From NCBI GenBank assembly GCA_963796105.1, contig CAWCKJ010000003.1:128001-192000 (forward strand): a stretch of DNA of 64,000 bases, in the 5' to 3' direction. Position numbers and translations under genes: made by a program. The stretch's first letter is position 1. Every line of letters begins with the position of its first letter. The notes beneath the pieces are model-generated. The model searched no databases. It was not told where the DNA came from and was given only the letters and a program-made list of their open reading frames with translations. The DNA comes from a candidate division FCPU426 bacterium. GTDB taxonomy: Bacteria > Oederibacteriota > Muellerivitia > Muellerivitales > Muellerivitaceae. Below are positions 39,812 through 49,331 of the stretch, one piece after another.

Positions 39812-42115
39812 ATGGATCTGCAAGAAATCCTTAATTCCATGGTGAATAAAAAGGCTTCAGACGTCCATTTGAAGGCGGGCGCCCCCCCTCTTTTCCGCAT
39901 TGACGGCGATTTAATCCCCCAAAGTGAAACCATTCTTTCCGCGCAGGAATTGGCGGAAGTCGCGTCTTATTTGATGGATGAGAAGCAGCAAAAACTGTTT
40001 TTCGAGGACCACCACGAGGTCGACCTGGCTTACGCCGTGGAGGGTTTGGCCCGTTTCAGGACGAACGCCATGTGGCAGAGGGGTCTTCCGGAAATCATCA
40101 TGCGGGTTATTCCCCAGATCGTCCCGCGGATTGAGGACATCAACATGCCGACCTCGGTGTTGAAGCAAATCGCCATGGAACCCCGAGGGTTGGTCCTGGT
40201 CACGGGAATAACGGGTTCAGGGAAATCAACCACCCTCGCGGCCCTCATCCACGAGATCAACGTGAACCGCTCCGCCCATATCGTGACCGTTGAAGATCCC
40301 ATCGAGTTTGTCCACCAGGACGCCAAATCCAGCATGACTCAAAGGGAGGTGGGACTAGACACTGAAAACTTTAAAACGGCCTTGAAATTCGTGTTGCGGC
40401 AGGACCCCGATGTCATACTTATCGGGGAAATGCGCGACGTGGAGACGGTCCAGGCCGCCATTACGGCCGCAGAAACCGGCCATTTGGTGTTTTCCACCCT
40501 GCATACTATGGATACCATTCAAACGATAGAGAGAATTTTGGACTTTTTCCCGCCCGATCAGCAAAACCAAATGAGGATCCAGTTATCCAATACCTTGCGA
40601 GCCGTTATCTCTCAACGCTTGGTTTCTAAGGCCGACGGCGCCGGTGTCGTTCCAGCCTGTGAAATCATGGTCGTGACACCCACCATCAAATCCCTTATCG
40701 CCGATGATAAAATCAGCTCGATTCGCGGTTATATCGCGGAGGGTCATAGCCAATATGGAATGCAGACTTTCGACCAATCCTTGATCGAACTGGTTCGAAA
40801 GGGCTTCATTACCCGGGAAAGCGCCATGGAACAGGCCACGTCCCCCAGCGAAATTGATCTTGGGTTGAAGGGGATTTCATCCTCCAAGGCCTCCGCCCAG
40901 TCCTTGATTTCACAAATGGAGACTTCTCAACAAAAAGAGCGGGTTTCCGGCTGGCTAAAGCGGGCGCAGGATCTTTATGAAAGAAGGCGCAATGACGAGG
41001 CAAAAGCGGAGCTAAAACGCATTCTGCAGGAAATGCCGGAACATAAGGAGGCGAACGCGCTGATGGCCCGTTTGCGTGAAATGGAGGACAAAACCGACAA
41101 GAAAAAAGACGCCTCATCCTCGGTTAAAACCGCTCTTCAATTGTACCGGGAAGGCAAGTTCCAGGCCGCTATCCTGGAATTTCAAAAAGCCTTGGAAATA
41201 GACCCGGGAAACAAGCAGGCCGAAGCTTATATCCGCTCCATTCAAACCGAAATGGACAACCGCGTTCGCGCGAGGGAGTTTGTCCAGGCTGGGATGCAGA
41301 AACAACAGCAAAATGACATGGTGTCCGCCCTGAGCCAATTGGAACAAGCGCTCATTTTGGATCCTGATAATGAGCAGGCGCAGGTGCTGCAAAAGGACAT
41401 TAAAAACACTCTTCAAAAGGACCAAGCCAGGGAAAAAGCCAAGGAACAAAACCAAATCGCCATTGATTTATACAAGGCGGGTGATTTACTGGGCGCTCTA
41501 GTCGCATGGAATAAGGCCTATGAGCTGAATTCCGAGCTGGAAGAAGTCTCGCGCTATTTGCAGCAGGGGATCGCCAAACTTCTGTCCTTCGGGGTGGAAG
41601 GGCTTGAGGGAAATCCGGAAACCCAGAACATCCTAGCGCTCTTTGAGCAGGGAGTTCGGAGTTACGTGCGAAGCGATTTCCAGACCGCGATTGAGTTTTT
41701 TAAAAAAGCCCTCGCCAAGGCCGACGGCAACGCCTATTTAAACGCCTACCTGCAAAAGTCCCTGCAGATGGAGGAACAGCAAGTCGAAGAATTGTTCCAT
41801 GAGGGTTTAAAGGCCCAGGAGTCGGGCGACTTGGCCGCGGCGCTAAAAGAGTACAATAAGATCTTGAGGCTCTCGCCGGGGCACCCGGAAACCGTGAAAC
41901 AACTCGGCGTCTTAAAAGCGACGATTCAGCAGAAAACCGAGGCTTTGTACACCGAGGGTAAAGTTTATTTCGACCAGAATGACATGGATAAGGCCGTTCG
42001 TATTTGGGAAAAAATACTTTACCTCGATCCTTCCAATGAACGCGCTAAAAAGAAAATTGAAGAAGCAAAAATCAAAAAAAGCACCTTATCCGGTATCTTT
42101 TCAAAGATAAACTAG
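39812..42115 (+). CDS. PilT/PilU-family type IV pilus ATPase fused to a C-terminal TPR array
   Basis: ASDVHL, GITGSGKST, TVEDPIE, DPDVILIGEMRD, TGHLVFSTLH, GMQTFDQ; then about 400 aa of TPRs (FQKALEIDPGN; EQALILDPDN; WEKILYLDPSN). Confidence 0.93.
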   Translation: MDLQEILNSMVNKKASDVHLKAGAPPLFRIDGDLIPQSETILSAQELAEVASYLMDEKQQKLFFEDHHEVDLAYAVEGLARFRTNAMWQRGLPEIIMRVIPQIVPRIEDINMPTSVLKQIAMEPRGLVLVTGITGSGKSTTLAALIHEINVNRSAHIVTVEDPIEFVHQDAKSSMTQREVGLDTENFKTALKFVLRQDPDVILIGEMRDVETVQAAITAAETGHLVFSTLHTMDTIQTIERILDFFPPDQQNQMRIQLSNTLRAVISQRLVSKADGAGVVPACEIMVVTPTIKSLIADDKISSIRGYIAEGHSQYGMQTFDQSLIELVRKGFITRESAMEQATSPSEIDLGLKGISSSKASAQSLISQMETSQQKERVSGWLKRAQDLYERRRNDEAKAELKRILQEMPEHKEANALMARLREMEDKTDKKKDASSSVKTALQLYREGKFQAAILEFQKALEIDPGNKQAEAYIRSIQTEMDNRVRAREFVQAGMQKQQQNDMVSALSQLEQALILDPDNEQAQVLQKDIKNTLQKDQAREKAKEQNQIAIDLYKAGDLLGALVAWNKAYELNSELEEVSRYLQQGIAKLLSFGVEGLEGNPETQNILALFEQGVRSYVRSDFQTAIEFFKKALAKADGNAYLNAYLQKSLQMEEQQVEELFHEGLKAQESGDLAAALKEYNKILRLSPGHPETVKQLGVLKATIQQKTEALYTEGKVYFDQNDMDKAVRIWEKILYLDPSNERAKKKIEEAKIKKSTLSGIFSKIN

Positions 42116-42225
42116 ATTCCCTTTTTTGCTTGACGTTTTTGCCACAAACAGTTGTTTTCTTTTCAAGCGTCCATTAAGTTACTGGTGACGCGCAAGCTAC
42201 AAGAGGGGAATTAAAAGGAATTAAA

Positions 42226-42624
42226 ATGAAAAAATTGATCATAGGCATCTTGATATTAATCGGCTTCTTTTTTATGGCCCTTAATACATCCATGCTCGCT
42301 GACCAGGCGTTGAAATGGGTGCAGGAAAATCCCAAGGATCCGCATGCTCCTAAAGTCCTATATGAAGCTGCCCGTTGGTGCGACATCATGGGCGACAATA
42401 AAAAAGCTTTGGAGGTTTATTGGGATCTTTACCAACAATATCCCGGCAGTTCCTCCCTCTGCGCCGCGTCTCTCTATTACAGCGCTCAAATCCAGGTGGA
42501 TACGAGTGTTTCGAAAAAACTCGCGGATCCTTTTTTGAAGATTATATTAGACCAGTATTTTAGCGAGACTGAGTGGGTGGAAAAAGCCAGAAAGTTACAG
42601 GACGAGGTGAATTATGTTCGCTGA
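42226..42624 (+). CDS. Small membrane-anchored TPR-like protein
   Basis: N-terminal hydrophobic helix; P..P.APKVLY, ALEVY..LYQQYPGS, IILDQY. Confidence 0.6.
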   Translation: MKKLIIGILILIGFFFMALNTSMLADQALKWVQENPKDPHAPKVLYEAARWCDIMGDNKKALEVYWDLYQQYPGSSSLCAASLYYSAQIQVDTSVSKKLADPFLKIILDQYFSETEWVEKARKLQDEVNYVR

Positions 42625-43588
42625 AAAGAATAAATATATTGGTTTGGCCGGTTTGGTCTGCCTGATAAGCATGGGTTTGGCTTCATCAGGGATTTGTAAA
42701 ACCACCGAGGGGGAGGATGAAAATGACCACCTATCCCCGCCCCCTACCCCTATATCCGCTGATCGATACCGAAAAATGAATCAGGCGGATCAAGAAAAAT
42801 CCGTTAAAACGCTGAAAACCGCCAAGAAGGAAAAATCGGAAGTTTCATCCGCAACCTCCCCCGCCGCCCAGGTAAGGGCGGGGGATAATATAAGCGTCTA
42901 TTATTTCACGAAAGCTGGTTTTGTAATAACACAGCCATCCCAATTACCTTCATTGGGTAAAGTGGTTGGGGACCTTAGCGAGACGAACGCCTCCGGCCCG
43001 GGCGTTTTAAGTTACAGCCAAGCGAAAAAACCTTATATTGAATATTCCTCCAAGGCTGAGTTAAATATAGACGATTTACTGGTTGTTTATTCGATTTCTC
43101 CGGAAAATATTAATGAACCCGAATCGAATTTTTCCGGTTTTCTGGTTGAAAACAGGGCTATCGTAAAGGTGATTTCTGTCCAAAAGAAGTATTGCCAAGT
43201 GGAGATCGTTAAATCCTTCGTTGCTTTTCACGCGGGAGACCGTGTCCGGCCATACAGCGATGAGCTTCAAAGATGGACAAAGGCTCAAACTAAAAAACCA
43301 CTTCCCTCAAATGAAATCCATTGTTATGTATGCGGTGGAGAGGTTCAAAAAACAGCTTATTCCCAGTCGGATTTCATCATCTTGACCGCCGGCACGAACA
43401 AGGGTGTGGTTGAGGGACAAGTATTTCATCTAAAACAATTAGTTAAGAACGTGGAATTGAGGGAGGATCTTCATGCCTTCCGGGGTTCGGCGCGCGTATT
43501 TTTCGCGGGATCCAATTACTCCATGGCCCAAATTCTTTCCAGCAACGAATCCATCCAAAAAGGGTTTGAGGCGGTTTACAATCCCTGA
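42614..43588 (+). CDS. Exported protein with TsaP/FlgT-C-like beta domains
   Basis: Signal peptide, low-complexity linker, IVKSF..FHAGDRV, DFIILTAGTNKGVVEGQVF, SMAQILSS.E.I.KG. Confidence 0.45.
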   Translation: MFAEKNKYIGLAGLVCLISMGLASSGICKTTEGEDENDHLSPPPTPISADRYRKMNQADQEKSVKTLKTAKKEKSEVSSATSPAAQVRAGDNISVYYFTKAGFVITQPSQLPSLGKVVGDLSETNASGPGVLSYSQAKKPYIEYSSKAELNIDDLLVVYSISPENINEPESNFSGFLVENRAIVKVISVQKKYCQVEIVKSFVAFHAGDRVRPYSDELQRWTKAQTKKPLPSNEIHCYVCGGEVQKTAYSQSDFIILTAGTNKGVVEGQVFHLKQLVKNVELREDLHAFRGSARVFFAGSNYSMAQILSSNESIQKGFEAVYNP

Positions 43589-43611
43589 ATCGGAGCCGGA
43601 TTAAGGTTTAA

Positions 43612-44469
43612 ATGGATTCCTTGAAAAACAAAACAGTTGAAGAAGACCCCTTTTTTTTAAAGATTCTTGAACATGTATTGGCCGAAAAAGGATTCGACGG
43701 CACGCATTACAAAATCAATTATATCAAGAGAAGGGTGGCAGTCCGAATGCGGGCATCCGGAACCCGCGATTACTTGGAATATTATCAGGCGTTAAAAAAA
43801 AACCGGGATGAAGTATCACTGCTGTTTGACCGTTTTACCATTCATGTGACGGATTTTTTCAGGGATGCCGAAGTTTACAATTCCATGAAGTTAAAAGTAC
43901 TTCCTGAAATTTTTCGGCAACCGGGATCCAGCCTTAAGATTTGGTGCGCCGGATGCAGCACGGGGCAAGAGCCTTATTCCATCGCCATCACTTTGAGGGA
44001 AAACAGCCCCAAGTACGCGGAGAAGAATATTAAAATCATCGCCACCGATATTGACGATGCCAGCATTCGTTTTGCCGAGCGGGGGACCTATCCCATTGCT
44101 TCACTGAAAAAACTCTCGAGCCAACAAATGAGCAAGTGGTTTTTGAACGAGGGGGAAAAAGCGCGCATATCCCAGGAATTGAGGGACTCGGTAAGGTTCA
44201 AAACGCATGATTTACTTGGACGTTGGGATTCGGATTTTTCGGATTTTAACCTTATATTATGTAGGAATCTCCTTATTTACCTTTCGGCGGTCCGCCAGCA
44301 AAAACTTTATCAAGGGTTTCACAAAGCATTGCGTCCGGATGGGTATTTGATTCTTGGTTTGACGGAAACATTAATGGGCGGGGCTCGTGAATTATTCCGC
44401 TGCGTTGACGTGAAGAACCGAATCTACAAAGTTTGCGGTTCAAAAACGCCTTCTGACAGAGGGGCTTGA
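43612..44469 (+). CDS. cheR: Chemotaxis methyltransferase CheR
   Basis: TIHVTDFFRD, IWCAGCSTGQEPYS, ATDID, ILCRNLLIY, LILG.TE. Confidence 0.96.
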   Translation: MDSLKNKTVEEDPFFLKILEHVLAEKGFDGTHYKINYIKRRVAVRMRASGTRDYLEYYQALKKNRDEVSLLFDRFTIHVTDFFRDAEVYNSMKLKVLPEIFRQPGSSLKIWCAGCSTGQEPYSIAITLRENSPKYAEKNIKIIATDIDDASIRFAERGTYPIASLKKLSSQQMSKWFLNEGEKARISQELRDSVRFKTHDLLGRWDSDFSDFNLILCRNLLIYLSAVRQQKLYQGFHKALRPDGYLILGLTETLMGGARELFRCVDVKNRIYKVCGSKTPSDRGA

Positions 44470-44475
44470 GGGAAA

Positions 44476-45657
44476 ATGGATAAGGCACAGGATCATATTA
44501 ATCTCGGAACCGCTTTCACTCTTTCTAAACGGTATGACGACGCGATTGTGGAGTTTAAAAAAGCGCTGGTCTTGAGCCCATCGGATGGTGAAATCCTTTT
44601 TCAATTGGGGGGATTATGCACCAATATCGGGAATTACGAGGAAGCTGAGAATTATTACCACGACGCGCTATCCATCAACCCGATGAATTTAAACGCGCAT
44701 TGCAAATTGGGTTTGTTATTGGAAGTCCAGGGCAAGTACCAGGAATCCATACAAGAATTTCAAAAAGCCACTGAATTGAATCCGACTGACGCGGGCCTTT
44801 ACAACAACCTGGGAAATGTCTATTCGAAAATGGGCAGGTATCAGGAAGCCATTGATCAGTTTAAAAAATACACTGGCATCAATCCGAGCAACGCGGAAAT
44901 TTTCTTCAAAATGGGTTTTTCATTTGAACAGTTGGGCAGGCTTGATGAGGCCATCAACTCCTATGAACGAGCTCTAGTCCTAAATCCCCGACACGCGGCT
45001 GTTTACTCCATCCTGGGAAACGCTTACGCGAAAAAAGGGGATTATCAGGAGGCCATATCGCTTTATCAACAGGCCCTTCGATTAAATCCTCAAGAGCCGG
45101 AAGTCCATTTAAAATTGGGGGTGGCCTTCATGTCGCTCGGCCAATACGACAAGGCCTTGTCTGTTTTGGAGGAGGCGCGTCAAAAAAACCCGCAGAATGC
45201 CGAGGTTTATTTGAAGTTTGGGATGATTTACGCGGGCCGCGGCCAGCATGAGGAGGCCATTCAAATGTACCGAAAGGTCATGGAGATTAATCCCCATGAC
45301 GCAAGCGTCCATAATGTCTTGGGTTACATTTATGACCGGCAGGGAGACGCGGAAAAAGCCATGGAGGAATACCGCGCCGCCAAACTCATCAACCCCAATG
45401 ACATATTAATCTTGGATAATCTCGGGAACTTGAATTATAAACAAGGCCATTTTGATGAGGCGGCCCAGGATTTCGAGAGCTTGCTTCAATTGAATCCGCT
45501 GCATAGTGATGCCCACGCGAAGCTGGGAAATGTTTATTTAAAGAAAGGCGAAAAGAACAAGGCCGTCACCCACTGGGAAAAAGCCTTGGAACTTGATCCG
45601 TCCAATGAGATCCTCAAGAACAATTTAAGAATTGTCAAAGGAAGTCCCACGGCATGA
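44476..45657 (+). CDS. All-TPR cytoplasmic protein (about 11 repeats)
   Basis: Continuous 34-aa repeats (NNLGNVY, A..LNP); no signal peptide. Confidence 0.92.
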   Translation: MDKAQDHINLGTAFTLSKRYDDAIVEFKKALVLSPSDGEILFQLGGLCTNIGNYEEAENYYHDALSINPMNLNAHCKLGLLLEVQGKYQESIQEFQKATELNPTDAGLYNNLGNVYSKMGRYQEAIDQFKKYTGINPSNAEIFFKMGFSFEQLGRLDEAINSYERALVLNPRHAAVYSILGNAYAKKGDYQEAISLYQQALRLNPQEPEVHLKLGVAFMSLGQYDKALSVLEEARQKNPQNAEVYLKFGMIYAGRGQHEEAIQMYRKVMEINPHDASVHNVLGYIYDRQGDAEKAMEEYRAAKLINPNDILILDNLGNLNYKQGHFDEAAQDFESLLQLNPLHSDAHAKLGNVYLKKGEKNKAVTHWEKALELDPSNEILKNNLRIVKGSPTA

Positions 45658-46292
45658 TGAAGACCCAGGAAAAATCCCTCGGTGAATTATTGCGTCAGGC
45701 TGGGAAAATCACCTCCCGCCAAATTCAAGTGGCGTTATCGGAACAAAAAATAACCCATGAACCCATTGGGAAAATTCTTGTTTCACTTGGTTTTGTGGAG
45801 GAGAGGGATATTTTGCAGGTCATGGAAGGCATGGTGGTATTGACGTTCCGCATGGATAAAGAGCTGTTCGGGGTGGAAACTTTCCGCGCGCGAGAGGTCT
45901 TGAAATACACTGTATTAAAACCATTTGAAAATAAAGTTGGAAATTGGGAAGGGCATCTTGCCCTTCGCGGTGAGGAAATCCCAGTTTTGTCATTCAGGAA
46001 ATTCCTTGAGGTTCCCGCGACGGGTCCCGTGGAACGGAGCTGGTTCATTATCCTTGAGAAAAAGGGGAGGCCTTTCGCCCTTTGGGTGGACGAGGTCAGG
46101 GAAGTAACCCGCTTTAAAATCGATCAAATCGAGCCGGTTCCGCTTTATCTTTTGGGAAAAAAAACAGAATTGTATTATTGTTTAGGTAAAATAAAAGATG
46201 ACCTTTACTCGATCATCAATCCGGATAATTTAGTGGAAGATGTTCCCGAAAAGCCGCCGTTAATTGGAAAAAACCATGCCAGCTCAACCTGA
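45654..46292 (+). CDS. CheW with N-terminal MshEN-like domain
   Basis: SLGELLRQAGKITSRQIQVALSEQ + PIGKILVSLGFVEERDI; then CheW (LFGVE...REV, GHLALRGEEIPV, ALWVDEV). Confidence 0.8.
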   Translation: MMKTQEKSLGELLRQAGKITSRQIQVALSEQKITHEPIGKILVSLGFVEERDILQVMEGMVVLTFRMDKELFGVETFRAREVLKYTVLKPFENKVGNWEGHLALRGEEIPVLSFRKFLEVPATGPVERSWFIILEKKGRPFALWVDEVREVTRFKIDQIEPVPLYLLGKKTELYYCLGKIKDDLYSIINPDNLVEDVPEKPPLIGKNHASST

Positions 46293-48486
46293 AACAAAAA
46301 CCATCCGTGAATTAGCCCACGGAAGCGATCAAGGCGACGCGTCCACCCACAATAATTTGGGGGTTTTTTATTATTCCAAGGGCATGTACGCGGAAGCTAT
46401 CAAGGAATTTAAAACTGCGCTTGAGATCGATCCCGAGAACACCCAAGCATTGGAGAATCTGAAGGCCGTCAACCGGCACACGGGCCTTTACGACCGTTCG
46501 ATTGAAGCCTACAAAAAATCGACCCAAATGTTTCCATCGGATTCCGAGGCTAGTTATAACCTCGCCAATTCCTACCGGTATACGGGTCAATATGAAAAAG
46601 CAATCGTTGAATACCAGAAAACCATCGCCTTAAATCCAGAACATCCTTTCGCTAGAAACTACCTTGGTATCACTTACAAGTGCACGGGCCAGTTGGAGGA
46701 GGCCATTAAGGAATTCAAGAAAGCCATCGATGACAACCCCTATTACGCTGATCTTCATAACAATTTAGGCGAGGTTTATTACAAAAAAGCCATGTTGAAT
46801 GAGGCTCTCGTTGAGTTTAAAAAGGCCATTTCTCTTAACCCTGACTATGCCATCGCGCACTACAACTTGAGCTTCGTTTATGGCGATAAGAACATGCTGG
46901 AAGAGGCCGAGAGGGAGTTCAAGAAAGCGGTGGATTTGAACCCTAATTTCGGGCAGGGAGCGCAGGCGCTTTTGTCGATTGAGCGCGCGAAAAGCATGGA
47001 GGAGAAAGTCGCCGAGAAAATCGCTTCCGCCCCCCCCGCTCCCTCCGTGGAAACATACCTTAGTTTAGCGTCCGCTTACAGCGGGAAAGGACTCCTGGAT
47101 GAGGCCATCAGGGAATATAAAAGAGCCATTGAGGCCATGCCGAATGAGGAAAAATCCTACCGGGCTTTGGGTGAAATCTACCTACAGAAGGGCCTGATCG
47201 AGGACGCGTTAATGTCGTTCCAGAAGGCTATCGATATTTCACCCACCGACATCGAGAACTATATACAGCGGGGGATAGCCCTTCGGGAATTGAACCGTTG
47301 CGACGAATCGGTGAGCGAGTTTAAAAAAGCCATAGAATTAACGCAGAATTCCAGCAAGGCTCATTTTGAGATGGGAGTCACCTACTTCAAAATGGGTGAA
47401 ACTGAAAATGCCACGAGGGAAATTAGAAAAGCCCTGGAAATAGACCCTGAGAACGCTGAGGCGCATTATTATCTTGGCGTTTACTATTACAAAGTCAATC
47501 TTTACGACGAGGCCATCCGGGAGATCACCCAGGCCGTGGAGTTGGACGTCTCCATCGCCTCAAGCGCTGAGGCCCTTATTTATTTGGGATTGGCCCTGGC
47601 TGACAAAGGCCGTTTTGAGGAAGCCATCGCAGAGTATAAGAAGGCGATGGAATTGGACCCTAAAAACCCGATTATCCATAATAGTTTGGGAGTGGCCTAT
47701 AAAAACGCCGGAATGATCGATGATGCCATCCAGCATTATCAGAAGGCCATTTCCATCAACCCTCAATACGCCAAGGCCTATAATAATTTGGGAGTTGTTT
47801 ATTTTAAAATGAGCCAATATGAGAAAGCGATCGAAACATTCAAAAAAGCTGTCGAAATAGAGCCGGAATATAAAACGGCTCAAAATAACCTTTCAGTGGC
47901 CATGAAAAAGCGGATCGTTCTTTCCGAGGCATCGGAGGTTTTGATTAAGCAAATTATGGCTGACCCGGAAAATTATGCCTTGCATCAAAACCTCGGCATG
48001 CTTTACAAAAATACGGGGCAACACTCGGAAGCCGTACGCGAGTTCCAGGAAACCATACGCTTGAATCCGAAAAACCGGGAAGCTTTAACCCAACTCGGCG
48101 ACACTCATCTCCTGCTGGGGCATTTGGATGAAGCTGTCAAGGTGCTGGCTAAGGCAATTTCCTGCGACCCTACCCATCCGGACGCGCATATGCAATTGGG
48201 CAAGGTTTATATCCAACGCCAATGGTGGGATGAGGCTTTGGTTGAGTTCAAAAAGAGCCTGGAAGGAAATAAGAATTCCCCGGAGGTATATTATTATCTC
48301 GGCCAAGTCTACCGGTTCAAAGGCTGGTGGGACGACGCCATCCAAAAAATGCAAATGTACCTGGATTCAGCCAATACCGAGGAGGACAAGGTCATACAGG
48401 CCATCGATATCATCCAGCAAATCCAAGTTTGGCGAAAAGAACTCCAAGTTTCCCCGAGCGGGGACAAGGCGAAATATATAAAATAG
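46276..48486 (+). CDS. Large all-TPR cytoplasmic protein
   Basis: Roughly 18-19 TPR repeats (HNNLGVFYY, AYNNLGVVY, A..LNP). ATG 46276 preferred over TTG 46264. Confidence 0.92.
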   Translation: MPAQPETKTIRELAHGSDQGDASTHNNLGVFYYSKGMYAEAIKEFKTALEIDPENTQALENLKAVNRHTGLYDRSIEAYKKSTQMFPSDSEASYNLANSYRYTGQYEKAIVEYQKTIALNPEHPFARNYLGITYKCTGQLEEAIKEFKKAIDDNPYYADLHNNLGEVYYKKAMLNEALVEFKKAISLNPDYAIAHYNLSFVYGDKNMLEEAEREFKKAVDLNPNFGQGAQALLSIERAKSMEEKVAEKIASAPPAPSVETYLSLASAYSGKGLLDEAIREYKRAIEAMPNEEKSYRALGEIYLQKGLIEDALMSFQKAIDISPTDIENYIQRGIALRELNRCDESVSEFKKAIELTQNSSKAHFEMGVTYFKMGETENATREIRKALEIDPENAEAHYYLGVYYYKVNLYDEAIREITQAVELDVSIASSAEALIYLGLALADKGRFEEAIAEYKKAMELDPKNPIIHNSLGVAYKNAGMIDDAIQHYQKAISINPQYAKAYNNLGVVYFKMSQYEKAIETFKKAVEIEPEYKTAQNNLSVAMKKRIVLSEASEVLIKQIMADPENYALHQNLGMLYKNTGQHSEAVREFQETIRLNPKNREALTQLGDTHLLLGHLDEAVKVLAKAISCDPTHPDAHMQLGKVYIQRQWWDEALVEFKKSLEGNKNSPEVYYYLGQVYRFKGWWDDAIQKMQMYLDSANTEEDKVIQAIDIIQQIQVWRKELQVSPSGDKAKYIK

Positions 48487-48493
48487 GGGCACA

Positions 48494-48832
48494 ATGAAAC
48501 TACTTCTTTGCATCATTCCTCCCAAAAAGATCGAGCAAGTCAAAAAAGCATTGTGGGAAGCGGGAGTCAGGGGTGTTACGCTATCGGAAGGGTCGGGCTA
48601 TGGATATCAAAAGGTCCAAGTCGATTCAGTCCGCGGGACGGATTATAAAGTACAGTATCAGGAACGTATCCGTTTGGAAATTGTTTTGCCGGATGAGGAT
48701 GTTGAAAAGGTCATTGAGCTGCTGCTTGAAAACATCCGGACTGGGAGGATCGGCGACGGAAAAATTTTTGTTATTCCGGTCGAGGAAGTTGTGCGGGTGC
48801 GGACTGGCGAAAGAGGGGAAAGCGGTTTGTAA
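48494..48832 (+). CDS. P-II family signal transduction protein (divergent GlnB/GlnK)
   Basis: 112 aa, ungapped to GlnB: G.G.QK, RG..Y51, TGRIGDGKIF, RVRTGE. Confidence 0.95.
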   Translation: MKLLLCIIPPKKIEQVKKALWEAGVRGVTLSEGSGYGYQKVQVDSVRGTDYKVQYQERIRLEIVLPDEDVEKVIELLLENIRTGRIGDGKIFVIPVEEVVRVRTGERGESGL

Positions 48833-48912
48833 ACCGGGTTGAACCGGCCGGATTCGCGGGCATTTGCCTCAATTGATGATCGAAAATGTGATTTCCTTAA
48901 GAGGAGGATAGA

Positions 48913-49275
48913 GTGGCCCAACGTGTTTTAATCGTGGATGACGCCTCGTTCATGCGGATGATGCTGAAAAATATCTTAGCCGGTGCGGGTTATGAGATAG
49001 CCGGAGAGGCTGAAAACGGCGCGAAAGCGATTGAGCAGTATATGGCCTTGAAGCCGGATTTAATCATCATGGACATCATCATGCCTGAAATGGGGGGCAT
49101 CGACGCGGTCCGGCAAATCATCAAGAACGTACCGAACGCGAAGATCCTTATTTGCAGTTCCATGGGCCAGCAATCCTTAGTGGTTGAGGCCATCCAAGCC
49201 GGGGCAAAAGACTATATTGTGAAACCATTCCAACCCTCTAATGTGCTGGAAGCGGTTAAAAAAGCGTTGGCCTGA
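48913..49275 (+). CDS. cheY: CheY response regulator
   Basis: VDDASFMR, MDIIMP, SSMGQ, KPF; Bacillus/Thermotoga-type CheY; GAGGAGG RBS with GTG start. Confidence 0.93.
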   Translation: MAQRVLIVDDASFMRMMLKNILAGAGYEIAGEAENGAKAIEQYMALKPDLIIMDIIMPEMGGIDAVRQIIKNVPNAKILICSSMGQQSLVVEAIQAGAKDYIVKPFQPSNVLEAVKKALA

Positions 49276-49331
49276 TAAAGGGTTTTTTGATCCAGTCTGA
49301 ATGAAAAACTCCGGAATAAGGGGTAAACCTT

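Noticed and set aside
42116..42225. Riboswitch after pilT-TPR (GACGCGCAAGC)
   Set aside because: Only partial resemblance to the c-di-GMP-I motif; no P2 GNRA stem.
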